A stretch of DNA of 57,511 nt from Patescibacteria group bacterium (GCA_038065815.1 JBBTQF010000021.1:1-57511), one strand, 5' to 3'; positions 45,998 through 55,529 are shown, counted from the first letter of the stretch. The notes: a model not told the origin generated them from the letters alone. Program-made: numbers and translations.

Positions 45998-47775
45998 CAA
46001 CAGAGTCAAAGGTCACAGAGGATATGGAAAAGATTTGGAAAGTAGCAGAGGTAATGCCGGATGAGTGGAAGGTTGGGTTTCCCGAAATTCATTCGGTAGT
46101 TTTGCAAATTTTATGGAACAGGGGAATTAAAACACAACGTCAGATTGATGAGTTTTTGAGTCCGGATTGGAGCCGAGATGTGCACTCGGCTTTTGATTTT
46201 TTTCAGATGAAGGACGCGGTGGCGCGGATTTTTTTGGCTCTCGAAGGTGATGAGATGATCACTGTGCACGGGGATTATGACGCAGACGGCGTCTGCGCAT
46301 CAACAGTGCTTATGTCCACACTGCGAGATATTATCCGTAAATTTTCAATTCCCAATTCCAAATTTCCAACTGTCTTTCTTCCGCATAGAGAAAAAGACGG
46401 TTACGGACTTTCTGTCAAGACGGTAGAACATCTAAACGAGTACGAAAAAACAAAACTTATCATCACCGTTGATTGTGGCATCAGCAACAATGAAGCGATC
46501 GCACGCGCAAAAGAGTTCGGCATGGACGTGATCGTCTGCGATCACCATCAGATGCCTGAAGTGTTAACCACGGATGCGATTCTTTTGCACCCGCTTGTGC
46601 CAGGTGAGACATATCCAAACAAAAAGCTGTGTGGAACTGGCGTTGCATACAAACTTGCCTGCGCCCTTGTAGATGAAGCACAGAGACGCGGACTCGAAAT
46701 CCCGCAAGGGTACGAGAAATGGCTACTTGATCTCGTTGCAATTGCTACTGTTACTGACATGATGCCACTCATCGCAGAAAATCGAGTTCTGGAAAAATTT
46801 GGGTTAATTGTGCTCAATAAGACAAAACGTCTAGGACTCAAGGCACTGCTTGGCATTGCAGGGCTTGATGGAAAACTGCTTGACACATGGTCAATTGGAT
46901 TTCAGATTGGGCCGAGGATTAATGCGGCCGGTCGCATGGATCATGCCAACTCTGCCTATGAGCTCCTTATGTGTGAAGATCCGCTCGATGCTGAAAGGCT
47001 CGCTGTCGCACTTAATCAATCAAATGTTAGCCGTCAGAAAGCATCAGAGGCTCTTTATCTCACTGCAAAAAAACAAATTGGCGAGGCGCGAGATCGTTCT
47101 ATTTTGTTTGCGATTGGAGAAGGGTGGTCTATCGGACTTGCAGGTCTTGTCGCGGGAAAGCTAATGCAGGATTATTCGTTGCCAGTGTTTGTGATCTGTA
47201 AACAAGAGGAAGGTAAGTATGCTGGTTCCGGTCGCAGTATGCATGGATTCGACGTGACTACGGCGATGAAAAAAGCCAGCGCGTCCCTCGTTCGATTCGG
47301 AGGGCATCCGCAAGCTTGTGGTTTGTCGCTCGTCGGCGAGGAAAATCTCAAAACCTTTCAGAGCATCATGGAGGCTGAAGCCAAGTCCTACTTTGAGACG
47401 CATGATCGGACGCCTACTCTTGCCGTCGAAGCAGAGGTTGCACCAAGTATCGTCACATGGGAACTTCTTGAAGCGATGGCTCCGCTTGAGCCGTACGGCG
47501 AAGCGCATCTACGGCCACTTTTGAAGAGTCCTCATGTCACAGTGATGGTGGCAGAGACGATGGGCTTGGATAGAAAGCATTTACGTTTGACTATTCGTGA
47601 AGCGGATCACCCATTTTATTTTAAGTGCGTTGGTTTTCGCATGGGCGAATGGGTGCAGAAATTACGCGTCGGTGATACCATTGAGATCGTCTATGAAGCC
47701 GGTGTGAATGAGTGGAATGGAAACAGAGAGATTCAGTTGCGGATTGTGGATATAAGGAAAGCCATCGAGTTATGA
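45994..47775 (+). CDS. recJ: single-stranded-DNA-specific exonuclease RecJ
   Basis: DHH motifs HGDYDADG, VDCG and CDHH, plus DHHA1 GGHPQACG. Confidence 0.85.
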   Translation: MTTESKVTEDMEKIWKVAEVMPDEWKVGFPEIHSVVLQILWNRGIKTQRQIDEFLSPDWSRDVHSAFDFFQMKDAVARIFLALEGDEMITVHGDYDADGVCASTVLMSTLRDIIRKFSIPNSKFPTVFLPHREKDGYGLSVKTVEHLNEYEKTKLIITVDCGISNNEAIARAKEFGMDVIVCDHHQMPEVLTTDAILLHPLVPGETYPNKKLCGTGVAYKLACALVDEAQRRGLEIPQGYEKWLLDLVAIATVTDMMPLIAENRVLEKFGLIVLNKTKRLGLKALLGIAGLDGKLLDTWSIGFQIGPRINAAGRMDHANSAYELLMCEDPLDAERLAVALNQSNVSRQKASEALYLTAKKQIGEARDRSILFAIGEGWSIGLAGLVAGKLMQDYSLPVFVICKQEEGKYAGSGRSMHGFDVTTAMKKASASLVRFGGHPQACGLSLVGEENLKTFQSIMEAEAKSYFETHDRTPTLAVEAEVAPSIVTWELLEAMAPLEPYGEAHLRPLLKSPHVTVMVAETMGLDRKHLRLTIREADHPFYFKCVGFRMGEWVQKLRVGDTIEIVYEAGVNEWNGNREIQLRIVDIRKAIEL

Positions 47776-48206
47776 AAAAGCCAATAAGGATTTTTACAGA
47801 CGGAGGGGCAAGAGGGAACCCTGGGCCTGCTGGCTCTGGCGCGTATTTATTGTGGCTTGATGAGGATGGAAAGGTGACGAGCGTTGCTGGAGAGGTTAGT
47901 GAATACATCGGCGAGACAACTAATAATCAGGCCGAGTATAAGGCGATTGTTTTCGGCCTTCAAAAGGCCAGAGAGCTCGGTGCAACACACGTAGATCTCG
48001 TCATGGATTCAGAGCTTGCTATGAAACAGCTCAATGGACAGTACAAAGTGAAGAATGCGGAGCTCGCAAAACGATTTCACGAAGTGTGCGAGCTCAAACA
48101 TTACTTCAAAAAGGTTACGTTTAGGCATGTCCGGCGTGAGCTAAACAAGCACGCAGATGCGCTGGTCAACAAAGCGATTGACTCAAAATCTTTGTCCGTC
48201 TTTTAG
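47772..48206 (+). CDS. rnhA: ribonuclease HI
   Basis: IFTDGGARGNPGPAG, TNNQAEYKA and DSELAMKQL carry the RNase H catalytic D-E-D residues. ATGA overlap with recJ. Confidence 0.85.
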   Translation: MKKPIRIFTDGGARGNPGPAGSGAYLLWLDEDGKVTSVAGEVSEYIGETTNNQAEYKAIVFGLQKARELGATHVDLVMDSELAMKQLNGQYKVKNAELAKRFHEVCELKHYFKKVTFRHVRRELNKHADALVNKAIDSKSLSVF

Positions 48207-48242
48207 TGACTAGCACTGTGATCTCGTGTATACTTCTTTATT

Positions 48243-49286
48243 ATGGCCCTGTTTGGGAAACAAAAAACGCAAACGTATCTAGGTGTTGATATTGGAACAG
48301 GTGGAGTCAAAGTTGTTGAGCTCGCAAATGAGAAAGGTCGCGCTCGTTTAATGACCTATGCGTATACTGAACGACGAAGCGCAGAGGCTGGCGCTTGGCT
48401 TTTAGATGAGCCCAAAAAAGCGGCAACTCTGCTCGCGAAGATGGTGAATGAGTGCGGAGCGACCGCCACACGAGCGGTGAGTGGCTTGCCACAACACGTC
48501 GTGTTTGATGCGATTATTTCCATTGCGTCTGTGAAGGATCCAAAACAGCGCAAAGGGCTTATTGAGGCGCAAGTGCGTAAACTTACGCCGATTCCATTTG
48601 AGCAAATGATTTTAGATTCCAAGATTCTCGATGATGATATCAAGAATAGTGAGTATACGCGTGTATTAGTTACCGGCGCACCAAAGGCGATTGTGCAAAA
48701 ATATATTGAGATATTTAGACTCGCAAAAATCAGACTAATCGCGCTAGAAACAGAGGCGTTTGCACTTGTGCGTTCGCTTGTCGGTAAGGATCGTTCGAAC
48801 ATTATGCTCATAGATATAGGCTCTCGTCGCACAAACCTTTCCGTAGTCGAGAATGGCACTCCAGTGCTCTCGCGTTCACTGAACGTTGGAGGGGCGTTAA
48901 TCAGTCAAAAGATTGCGGATCAGATGGGCGTCGGACTTGGTGAGGCAGAGCAGATCAAAATTGATCTCTCAAAGGCGAGCAAAGCTGAAGTCCCTCCGTC
49001 GGCTGAAATTATTCTTCAGCCAATTCTCAACGAGGTGCATTACACCTTTCGTCTTCTCTCCGAGCGCGGACTCCAAACAGGTCAGGTTGAAAAAGTCATC
49101 CTCACTGGTGGCTCGACTTCTCTGCCTGGTCTAGTTGATTATCTCACGCAGAAACTCAACATAAATGTTTATCTTGGCGACCCTTTTGCGCGCGTCGCAG
49201 TGCCTCAAACTTTGCGTCCTGTTCTCGATGAGATTGGTCCGCGGTTTGCTGTCGCGCTTGGTCTTGGAATGCGAGACATCGAGTAA
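48243..49286 (+). CDS. pilM: type IV pilus assembly protein PilM
   Basis: YLGVDIGTGGVKVVEL actin-like ATPase N-terminus. The size and ..DIGSRRTNLSVVENG.. fit PilM. Confidence 0.8.
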   Translation: MALFGKQKTQTYLGVDIGTGGVKVVELANEKGRARLMTYAYTERRSAEAGAWLLDEPKKAATLLAKMVNECGATATRAVSGLPQHVVFDAIISIASVKDPKQRKGLIEAQVRKLTPIPFEQMILDSKILDDDIKNSEYTRVLVTGAPKAIVQKYIEIFRLAKIRLIALETEAFALVRSLVGKDRSNIMLIDIGSRRTNLSVVENGTPVLSRSLNVGGALISQKIADQMGVGLGEAEQIKIDLSKASKAEVPPSAEIILQPILNEVHYTFRLLSERGLQTGQVEKVILTGGSTSLPGLVDYLTQKLNINVYLGDPFARVAVPQTLRPVLDEIGPRFAVALGLGMRDIE

Positions 49287-49321
49287 TTGATCTATGTACG
49301 CGAGGTCACAATAGATACACT

Positions 49322-49675
49322 ATGCCAAGCAAACCATCAATTCTGATCATAGACTCTGATGCCTACCTTGCTGGTATGTTCGGTCGAAAGTTTGAAGCAG
49401 AAGGATGGAAGGTTTCCGTGACAGAGACGATGGTAGATGCAGAAAAGGCTTTGCAGAAAAAAGTTCCGTCGGTTATTTTGCTTGAGCCGGACATGAATCA
49501 GGACCGTTCCGAGGCGCTTATTAAGAGCGCTTTTGCGCCTGTTATAATTCTGACGACGTTGAGCGAGAAGCAAGAGATTGAGCGCATGAAGCGAGCCGGA
49601 GCTATCGCTTATTTGCTAAAAGGCCATTTTGTGCCGTCAGAGGTTGTAGCAAAGGTGAAAAGTCTGATAAAATAA
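49322..49675 (+). CDS. stand-alone response-regulator receiver domain
   Basis: ILIIDSD, LLEPDM (putative phospho-Asp), ILTT and LLKG fit the CheY-like pattern. Confidence 0.65.
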   Translation: MPSKPSILIIDSDAYLAGMFGRKFEAEGWKVSVTETMVDAEKALQKKVPSVILLEPDMNQDRSEALIKSAFAPVIILTTLSEKQEIERMKRAGAIAYLLKGHFVPSEVVAKVKSLIK

Positions 49676-49692
49676 TTTCTGTTGCAGGAAAT

Positions 49693-50193
49693 ATGAACTT
49701 AAAAAATCAACAAGGAATAAGTCTCATCGAAGGTCTTGTGATTGCTGGAATTATTGGGCTTATGGGAACGCTTGCCGCAGTCGCCCTTAATTCGGCGCGT
49801 GAACAAGCCCGCGATGCAAAACGACTTGCTGATGTGACGCGCATGCAGGCGTCGTTGGAGCTCTATTTTAATGATTTGAATAGTTATCCTGTTGTTGAGC
49901 AGGCAACGGCACTTGGTGAAAGCGGAGCGTCCTGTCTTGGCGGTGAAGGGTTTGCCACGAACTGTGATAAGTCTGCGGAAACGGTTTTTATGGATCCTGT
50001 GCCGTCTACTCCGGAGGCAGGGCTCAAGGAATTGATAGGTTGTAGTGGTATTACAAACGCTTATTGCTACGTTGGAAATGCCGATACGTACAAAATTCAG
50101 TTTGAGCTTGAAAATGAAAATCCAGAGGCAGGTCTGCAGAAGGGGGCGAATTGTGCGACCGAGTCGAATGTTAAGGCTGGCGCGTGTGAGTAA
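49693..50193 (+). CDS. type IV pilin/pseudopilin-like protein
   Basis: The N-terminus KNQQG-ISLIEGLVIAGIIGLMGTLA has the prepilin Gly cleavage site, Glu+5 and a hydrophobic helix. Four Cys lie in the C-terminal half. Confidence 0.7.
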   Translation: MNLKNQQGISLIEGLVIAGIIGLMGTLAAVALNSAREQARDAKRLADVTRMQASLELYFNDLNSYPVVEQATALGESGASCLGGEGFATNCDKSAETVFMDPVPSTPEAGLKELIGCSGITNAYCYVGNADTYKIQFELENENPEAGLQKGANCATESNVKAGACE

Positions 50194-50204
50194 TCTTCTC
50201 CCAT

Positions 50205-51581
50205 GTGATTCAGCTCTATAACACCCTTTCCCGTCAAATTGAGTCCTTAAGGCCAATAAATCCGCCAAAAATTGGCCTTTATTCTTGTGGACCGACGGTT
50301 TATAGTTTTGCCCATATTGGTAACTTGCGTGCTTACGTTATTTGGGACACATTGCGTCGCACTCTTACGCTCAACGATTTACAAGTTCAGCACGTCATGA
50401 ACATTACGGATGTCGGACATTTAACTGATGATGCTGACTCTGGCGAGGATAAAATGATCATTGCTATGCGTCGTGAAGGGAAGAGTGCGTTCGATATTGC
50501 CGAGTTTTATACCAAAGCTTTTTTGAGCGACATGAGACGACTCAATGTTCTTGAGCCACATGCCATGCCACGTGCAACTGCTCATGTCGCGGAACAGATT
50601 GAGATGATCAAGTTACTTGAAACACGCGGGTTCACCTACAGGACCACGGATGGCATCTATTTTGATACTTCAAAACTCGCGGACTACGGAAAGCTTTCGG
50701 GTCAAAAATTAGAGGAAAAAATGGCTGGCGTTCGCGTTGAGATGGGCGAGAAAAAGAGCCCGACGGACTTTGCTTTGTGGAAGTTTTCGCCTGCTAACGT
50801 CACGCGTGAAATGGAATGGGATTCTACTTGGGGTGTTGGTTTTCCAGGTTGGCACATTGAATGTTCGGCCATGAGCAGAAAATATCTTGGTGTGCCATTT
50901 GATATCCACACAGGTGGCGTAGATCATATTGCTGTCCATCATGAAAATGAGCTTGCGCAAACGGAAGGTGCCTTTGGAAAGTTACAGGCGAATATCTGGA
51001 TGCATAATGAGTTTTTGACTGTTGATGCAGGAAAAATGGGCAAGTCGCTGGGTAATATGTATAACATGCAGGATGTGCTGGATCGTCGCTTCGAGCCGCT
51101 CGCGTTTCGTTACTTGTGTCTTGGCACACACTATCGTACAAAACTCAACTTCACATGGGAGGCGTTGAAAGGCGCGCAAAATGCATTGCAAAAATTGTAC
51201 GAGCGCGTTCGAGAGCTTGAGGCGCCAGCAATTGGCTGTGCAGATTACGAGCGTGACTTTCTTTCAGCGATGAACAACGATCTAAACACGCCACAAGCGC
51301 TTGCAGTTATGTGGAGGCTTTTTGATGATGTTGAGCTACCAAGCGCTGGCAAGGCTCAATCGCTTTTGTATTTTGATCAAGTTTTAGGACTTGGACTTGA
51401 GAATTACATAGGGAAAGCTCTTGAGATTCCAGCCGATGTGCAATCTCTTGTGGATGATCGTCAACGGGCTCGAGTCGAAAAGGATTGGGCTCGCTCTGAC
51501 GAGCTTCGAGCTCAAATCCAAGCTCTCGGTTACGAAATTGATGACCGAGCTGTTGGAACACGATTGCGAAAAGTGGCTTAA
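50205..51581 (+). CDS. cysS: cysteine--tRNA ligase
   Basis: CGPTVYSFAHIGNLR (HIGH motif), GWHIECSAM, and KMGKSLGN (KMSKS motif). GTG start. Confidence 0.9.
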   Translation: MIQLYNTLSRQIESLRPINPPKIGLYSCGPTVYSFAHIGNLRAYVIWDTLRRTLTLNDLQVQHVMNITDVGHLTDDADSGEDKMIIAMRREGKSAFDIAEFYTKAFLSDMRRLNVLEPHAMPRATAHVAEQIEMIKLLETRGFTYRTTDGIYFDTSKLADYGKLSGQKLEEKMAGVRVEMGEKKSPTDFALWKFSPANVTREMEWDSTWGVGFPGWHIECSAMSRKYLGVPFDIHTGGVDHIAVHHENELAQTEGAFGKLQANIWMHNEFLTVDAGKMGKSLGNMYNMQDVLDRRFEPLAFRYLCLGTHYRTKLNFTWEALKGAQNALQKLYERVRELEAPAIGCADYERDFLSAMNNDLNTPQALAVMWRLFDDVELPSAGKAQSLLYFDQVLGLGLENYIGKALEIPADVQSLVDDRQRARVEKDWARSDELRAQIQALGYEIDDRAVGTRLRKVA

Positions 51582-51607
51582 TAGAGCCAAATTATCACAA
51601 CGCCCTA

Positions 51608-51636
51608 TTGACAAGATGGGGCTTTTGTGATATAAA
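51608..51636 (+). promoter_or_regulatory. near-consensus sigma70 promoter with extended -10
   Basis: TTGACA (51608-51613), a 17-nt spacer ending in TGA, then TATAAA (51631-51636). Confidence 0.65.
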
Positions 51637-51642
51637 TATACG

Positions 51643-51963
51643 TCGCGATGGGAGCTCGATCGCGCTGGTAGTGTGGATTGTTAACCACACGCCTTGGTAG
51701 GAGCTTAAATTAGTTAGTGACTTTTAGAGTCCGCAGAGAAACAGCAGAGCGGACCAAAGTGTGTGGTGTGGATCACCAAGACATCGCGTCTAAACGATCC
51801 TGGCTGGAGACAGAGCCAGTAGTGAACCATTGTGGTATGGTTACTACGAATCTGAAGGGGGGGAAGGGTGTCCGCACTCTCACTCTTCGTCCCCGACCTA
51901 ATCTTGCTGACCCCGTCACGCCCTTGTCTTAACAAGGAAGCGTGACGGGGTCTTACTTATTTT
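51643..51963 (+). ncRNA. unclassified ~320-nt structured RNA or long regulatory leader
   Basis: It lies between the promoter above and a 13+5-bp terminator hairpin (GACCCCGTCACGC..CCTTG/CAAGG..GCGTGACGGGGTC, 51909-51952) followed by TTACTTATTTT. Internal hairpins are GTGTGG/CCACAC, TCCGC/GCGGA, CTGGCT/AGCCAG and GTAGTGAACCAT/ATGGTTACTAC. The only ORFs here lack ATG/SD and are open on both strands. Confidence 0.55.
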
Positions 51964-51979
51964 GCTATACTATAAGCCT

Positions 51980-52468
51980 ATGCCTGATAAGAAAATAAAT
52001 CCTGCTGAACAACCTCTAGTAGATGCGCCTGATGGTATAATGTCGAGGGCGGAAACGGTTGAGTCAGCGCAACCGTTGTCACCAGAAGTTTCTCGTAGGC
52101 ACGAGGACATTTCCGTGCAAGTCACCACTCCACAGACGATAGACCCTCGGCATCAAATACCGATGACGTCTACTGCTAGCGACCCTCTTACAGCCGAAAT
52201 TGAGCAGGTTCTCTCGCAAGATCTTGACGAGCTATATAATGAGCTCGCTCCTGACAAGAAAGAACGGTTTAAGGTAGAAGGGGAGAAAGTCGCCAGTTTG
52301 ATTCGACAGATGATGAAAAAAGGGAAGTTACACACACGAAAAGTACTTGTACTGATTCGACGCTGGTTAGGACTCATCCCCGGAGTAAATCGTTTTTTTC
52401 TTGAGCAGGAATCCAAAATCAAAACCGACCGTATCTTGATGATCGAAGAGGAAGAAAAACAAAAATAA
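51980..52468 (+). CDS. hypothetical protein upstream of the fused ATPase
   Basis: ATG 51980 (the listed start is TTG 51962). It has a disordered N-terminus and a C-terminal amphipathic/hydrophobic segment LIRRWLGLIPGVNRFFLEQE. The stop is 2 nt before the next ATG. Confidence 0.5.
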   Translation: MPDKKINPAEQPLVDAPDGIMSRAETVESAQPLSPEVSRRHEDISVQVTTPQTIDPRHQIPMTSTASDPLTAEIEQVLSQDLDELYNELAPDKKERFKVEGEKVASLIRQMMKKGKLHTRKVLVLIRRWLGLIPGVNRFFLEQESKIKTDRILMIEEEEKQK

Positions 52469-52470
52469 TT

Positions 52471-54942
52471 ATGAACGAGACACTCGTGTTTTTTTTGGCA
52501 TCATGGCCTATTGTCCTCGGTTTAGGTATTTTTGCGTTTCGCTGGTACGCCCACCGTTTTTTGTACCGACATGGAAAGACGTTCAAAATGGTTACGCTCC
52601 TTGTCACATTGCCGAAGTTTCGCAGGGAGGATGAAACGAAAGAGGAGTTGACGACACAACGCGTTCAAGAGGATATTGGTGTTGATGAAACTTTTTTTTC
52701 CGCAATTGCCGGCTTGCATCCGCAGAGTGGCGTTACAGCATGGCTACTTGGACGCAATGATCACTTTGCTTTTGAGATTGTTTCTCACGAGAAGCTTATA
52801 AAATTTTACGTAACTATTCCGCGCCGTTATCAGGAGTTTATTTCCCAGCAAATGACAGCACAACATCCGGATGCGTTTATCGAGGAAGTTGAAGATTACA
52901 ATATTTTTTCACCAACCGGAGTTATTCTCGGTGGCTATTTACAGCAGAAACGTCAAGCATTTTTTCCGTTTAGAACATTTCGTAAGTTGGAAGCGGATCC
53001 TCTTAACGGACTCACTAATGCACTCTCAAAAATTCCATCGGAGAGTGGAGTTGCAATTCAGTACATTGTTCGTCCAGCGCACAGGAGTTGGCGCAAGGTA
53101 GGTGCTATCGTTGGAAGGAATATGCTTAAGGGGATGACGCTTGATGAAGCGATTCGTGGAAAGAAAAGAGGAGAGGGTTGGATGAAGGCATTTCAGAGTA
53201 AAAATAGTGAAACGATGAAACAGGAGAAGAGTGGCTCGTATTACATGACTCAAACGGAACAGGATATGACCAAGGGAATTGAGGAAAAAATTTCAAAAGG
53301 CGGGCTGGAAGTGAATATCAGGCTCGCAGTTTCGGCGGCTGGGGTCGAGGCGTCGTATGAGCTCTTAAAAGACGCGATGGCTGCGTTTTCTCAATTTAAC
53401 ATTTACGAATATGGGAACGCCCTTGAGAAGTTTATCCCACTGCGTAAACGACATTTGATCAGAAAGTTTATTTATCGCGGTTTTGATGAGACGCGCCGTG
53501 TGATTTTGAACGTAGAGGAGATGGCAAGTCTTTGGCATCTTCCGCTTAAGACGACCGAGACCCCGAATATTTTGTGGCTTAACGCGCGCACCGCCCCAGT
53601 GCCGACGAACATACCGCAAGAAGGGCTTATGCTCGGCTACAATATCTATCGTGGCCGTAAAACTGACATCCATATCAAGCGTAACGATCGTCAGCGTCAT
53701 ATGTATCTCGTTGGTAAATCTGGATCTGGAAAAACCGTCTTTATTCAGATGATGGCACTGCAGGACATAAAAAATGGGGAGGGGGTTTGTGTACTCGATC
53801 CGCACGGAGACATGATTGAATGGATTCTTGGCAACATTCCAAAAAATCGGATTGATGATGTTATCGTCTTTGATCCGTCTGATCTTGAGCGACCAGTCGG
53901 TCTCAACATGCTCGAGGTAAAGGATGAGACAATGAAGGACATGGCAGTGCAGGAGATGATTGCTATTTTCTACAAACTTTTTCCACCAGAGATGATTGGG
54001 CCAATGTTTGAACACTACATGCGAAATGTGATGCTTACGTTGATGGCCGATCCTGTGACGCAGGGTACGATCACGGAAATTCCGCGCATGTTTAGTGATT
54101 CCGAGTATCAAAAACAGTGGGTATCAAAGGTGAATGATCCAGTCGTTCGATCGTTTTGGGAAAATGAAATGGCAAAAACGAGTGATTTCCATAAGTCCGA
54201 GATGCTTGGTTATTTGATCTCGAAAGTTGGACGGTTTGTTGAAAACTCAATGATGCGTAATATTATTGGACAACAGCAATCTGGATTTGATGTGCGTGAG
54301 GTCATGGATAAGGGAAAGATTTTGCTGGTCAATCTAGCAAAGGGTCGCACAGGCGAGGTTAACGCGTCTCTACTTGGAATGATTATTGTCAGCAAATTAC
54401 AGATGGCGGCGCTTGCTCGAGCGGATATGCCAGAGGAATCTCGTAAGGATTTTTATCTGTACATTGATGAGTTTCAAAATTTCATCACGGACTCGATTTC
54501 GACGATTCTCTCGGAGGCGCGCAAGTATCGCCTCAACTTAATCGTCGGCCATCAGTACATGGGACAGCTTGTCAAAGATAATAAGACGGAAATACGCGAT
54601 GCGGTTTTGGGAAACGTCGGGTCAACGTTCGTGTCGCGTATTGGGCCTGAAGACGCGGAGACGCTTGAGAAGCTTTATACGCCGACGTTTAGTGGCTATG
54701 ATCTCATCAACTCGGATCAGTTTACTTGGTATGTGAAACTCATCATTGACAACACTCAAGTTAAACCGTTCACGATGAAGACATACGCTCCGGTTAAGTC
54801 TGATATAAAGCTCGCCTCTGCGATCAAGCAGTTGTCGAGGTTGAAATATGGACGAGATCGCGCGATCGTTGAGGCTGAAATTTTGGAGCGTTCGCGTATT
54901 CAAACATTGACGGTGCCCGCTCCTGTTTCAAAGCCACTTTAG
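52471..54942 (+). CDS. fused membrane N-domain plus VirD4/TraD-like P-loop ATPase
   Basis: N-terminal TM segment. Residues ~1-380 are homologous to the 23209..24798 protein. The C-terminal half has LVGKSGSGKT, DPHGD, YLYIDEFQNF and RKYRLNLIVGHQY, collinear with the 24826 and 26691 ATPases. Confidence 0.75.
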   Translation: MNETLVFFLASWPIVLGLGIFAFRWYAHRFLYRHGKTFKMVTLLVTLPKFRREDETKEELTTQRVQEDIGVDETFFSAIAGLHPQSGVTAWLLGRNDHFAFEIVSHEKLIKFYVTIPRRYQEFISQQMTAQHPDAFIEEVEDYNIFSPTGVILGGYLQQKRQAFFPFRTFRKLEADPLNGLTNALSKIPSESGVAIQYIVRPAHRSWRKVGAIVGRNMLKGMTLDEAIRGKKRGEGWMKAFQSKNSETMKQEKSGSYYMTQTEQDMTKGIEEKISKGGLEVNIRLAVSAAGVEASYELLKDAMAAFSQFNIYEYGNALEKFIPLRKRHLIRKFIYRGFDETRRVILNVEEMASLWHLPLKTTETPNILWLNARTAPVPTNIPQEGLMLGYNIYRGRKTDIHIKRNDRQRHMYLVGKSGSGKTVFIQMMALQDIKNGEGVCVLDPHGDMIEWILGNIPKNRIDDVIVFDPSDLERPVGLNMLEVKDETMKDMAVQEMIAIFYKLFPPEMIGPMFEHYMRNVMLTLMADPVTQGTITEIPRMFSDSEYQKQWVSKVNDPVVRSFWENEMAKTSDFHKSEMLGYLISKVGRFVENSMMRNIIGQQQSGFDVREVMDKGKILLVNLAKGRTGEVNASLLGMIIVSKLQMAALARADMPEESRKDFYLYIDEFQNFITDSISTILSEARKYRLNLIVGHQYMGQLVKDNKTEIRDAVLGNVGSTFVSRIGPEDAETLEKLYTPTFSGYDLINSDQFTWYVKLIIDNTQVKPFTMKTYAPVKSDIKLASAIKQLSRLKYGRDRAIVEAEILERSRIQTLTVPAPVSKPL

Positions 54943-54944
54943 TT

Positions 54945-55529
54945 ATGTCCGATCATTTCTATCCTGAACCTGAACTCGACCAGCCGGATCGAAGAGCTGA
55001 TCTTGTGCTTCGTATTTTGCGCCAGACGCAGGATAGTTTAACGCACGCGATTCAGTTACTTGAGCAGGGCGGGAGTGGTGTTGCAGATGATGTGCTGGAA
55101 AACCTGACGCTCGAAAAACAACGGCTCGACACGGAAGTTGCCGAGTCATCAACGCAACGTGTGCTGGAGGGAGTTTTTGACGGCCAGCAAATGGTGGCAA
55201 GTGACGGAGCTGTTTATCAAGTGCCGTCGAATTACGCGTCAAAGTCGAAACTTGTTGAAGGGGATTTGCTCAAGCTCACTATTCGACGTGATGGTGGATT
55301 TTTGTTCAAACAAACGGGACCGATTGAGCGTAAACGCATCGTCGGGACGTTGGCGTTGGAAAAGGAAAGCGGTGAATATGTTGTTGTGGGCCAGCAGTCC
55401 GATCGTTGGAGAGTCCTGCGAGCGAGTGTCACGTACTTCAAAGGTGAGCCCGGTGATGAGGCTGTTATCATGGTTCCTAAAACAACGCCAAGCTCTTGGG
55501 CGGCCGTAGAGAATATCCTGAAGGGGTAA
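54945..55529 (+). CDS. hypothetical protein (conserved-looking, unknown function)
   Basis: Starts 2 nt after the ATPase stop. ..VLEGVFDGQQMVASDGAVYQVPSNYASKSKLVEGDLLKL.. and ..VTYFKGEPGDEAVIMVPK..WAAVENI.. read like an S1/OB- or KOW-like small-barrel protein, but this is a guess. Confidence 0.5.
   Translation: MSDHFYPEPELDQPDRRADLVLRILRQTQDSLTHAIQLLEQGGSGVADDVLENLTLEKQRLDTEVAESSTQRVLEGVFDGQQMVASDGAVYQVPSNYASKSKLVEGDLLKLTIRRDGGFLFKQTGPIERKRIVGTLALEKESGEYVVVGQQSDRWRVLRASVTYFKGEPGDEAVIMVPKTTPSSWAAVENILKG

Noticed and set aside
51643-51963. Identifying the 320-nt RNA as tmRNA, RNase P RNA, SRP RNA, 6S RNA or a T-box leader.
   Set aside because: By eye there is no T-arm/ACCA 3' end and no GGGG acceptor start, which rules out tmRNA. 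There is no GAGGAAAGUCC / ACAGAA.CCGGCUUA pair (RNase P). There is no GGAA-tetraloop followed by the AGCAGC helix-8 motif (SRP). It is too long for 6S, and there is no GGUGGUACCGCG T-box sequence. Only a covariance-model scan can settle this.
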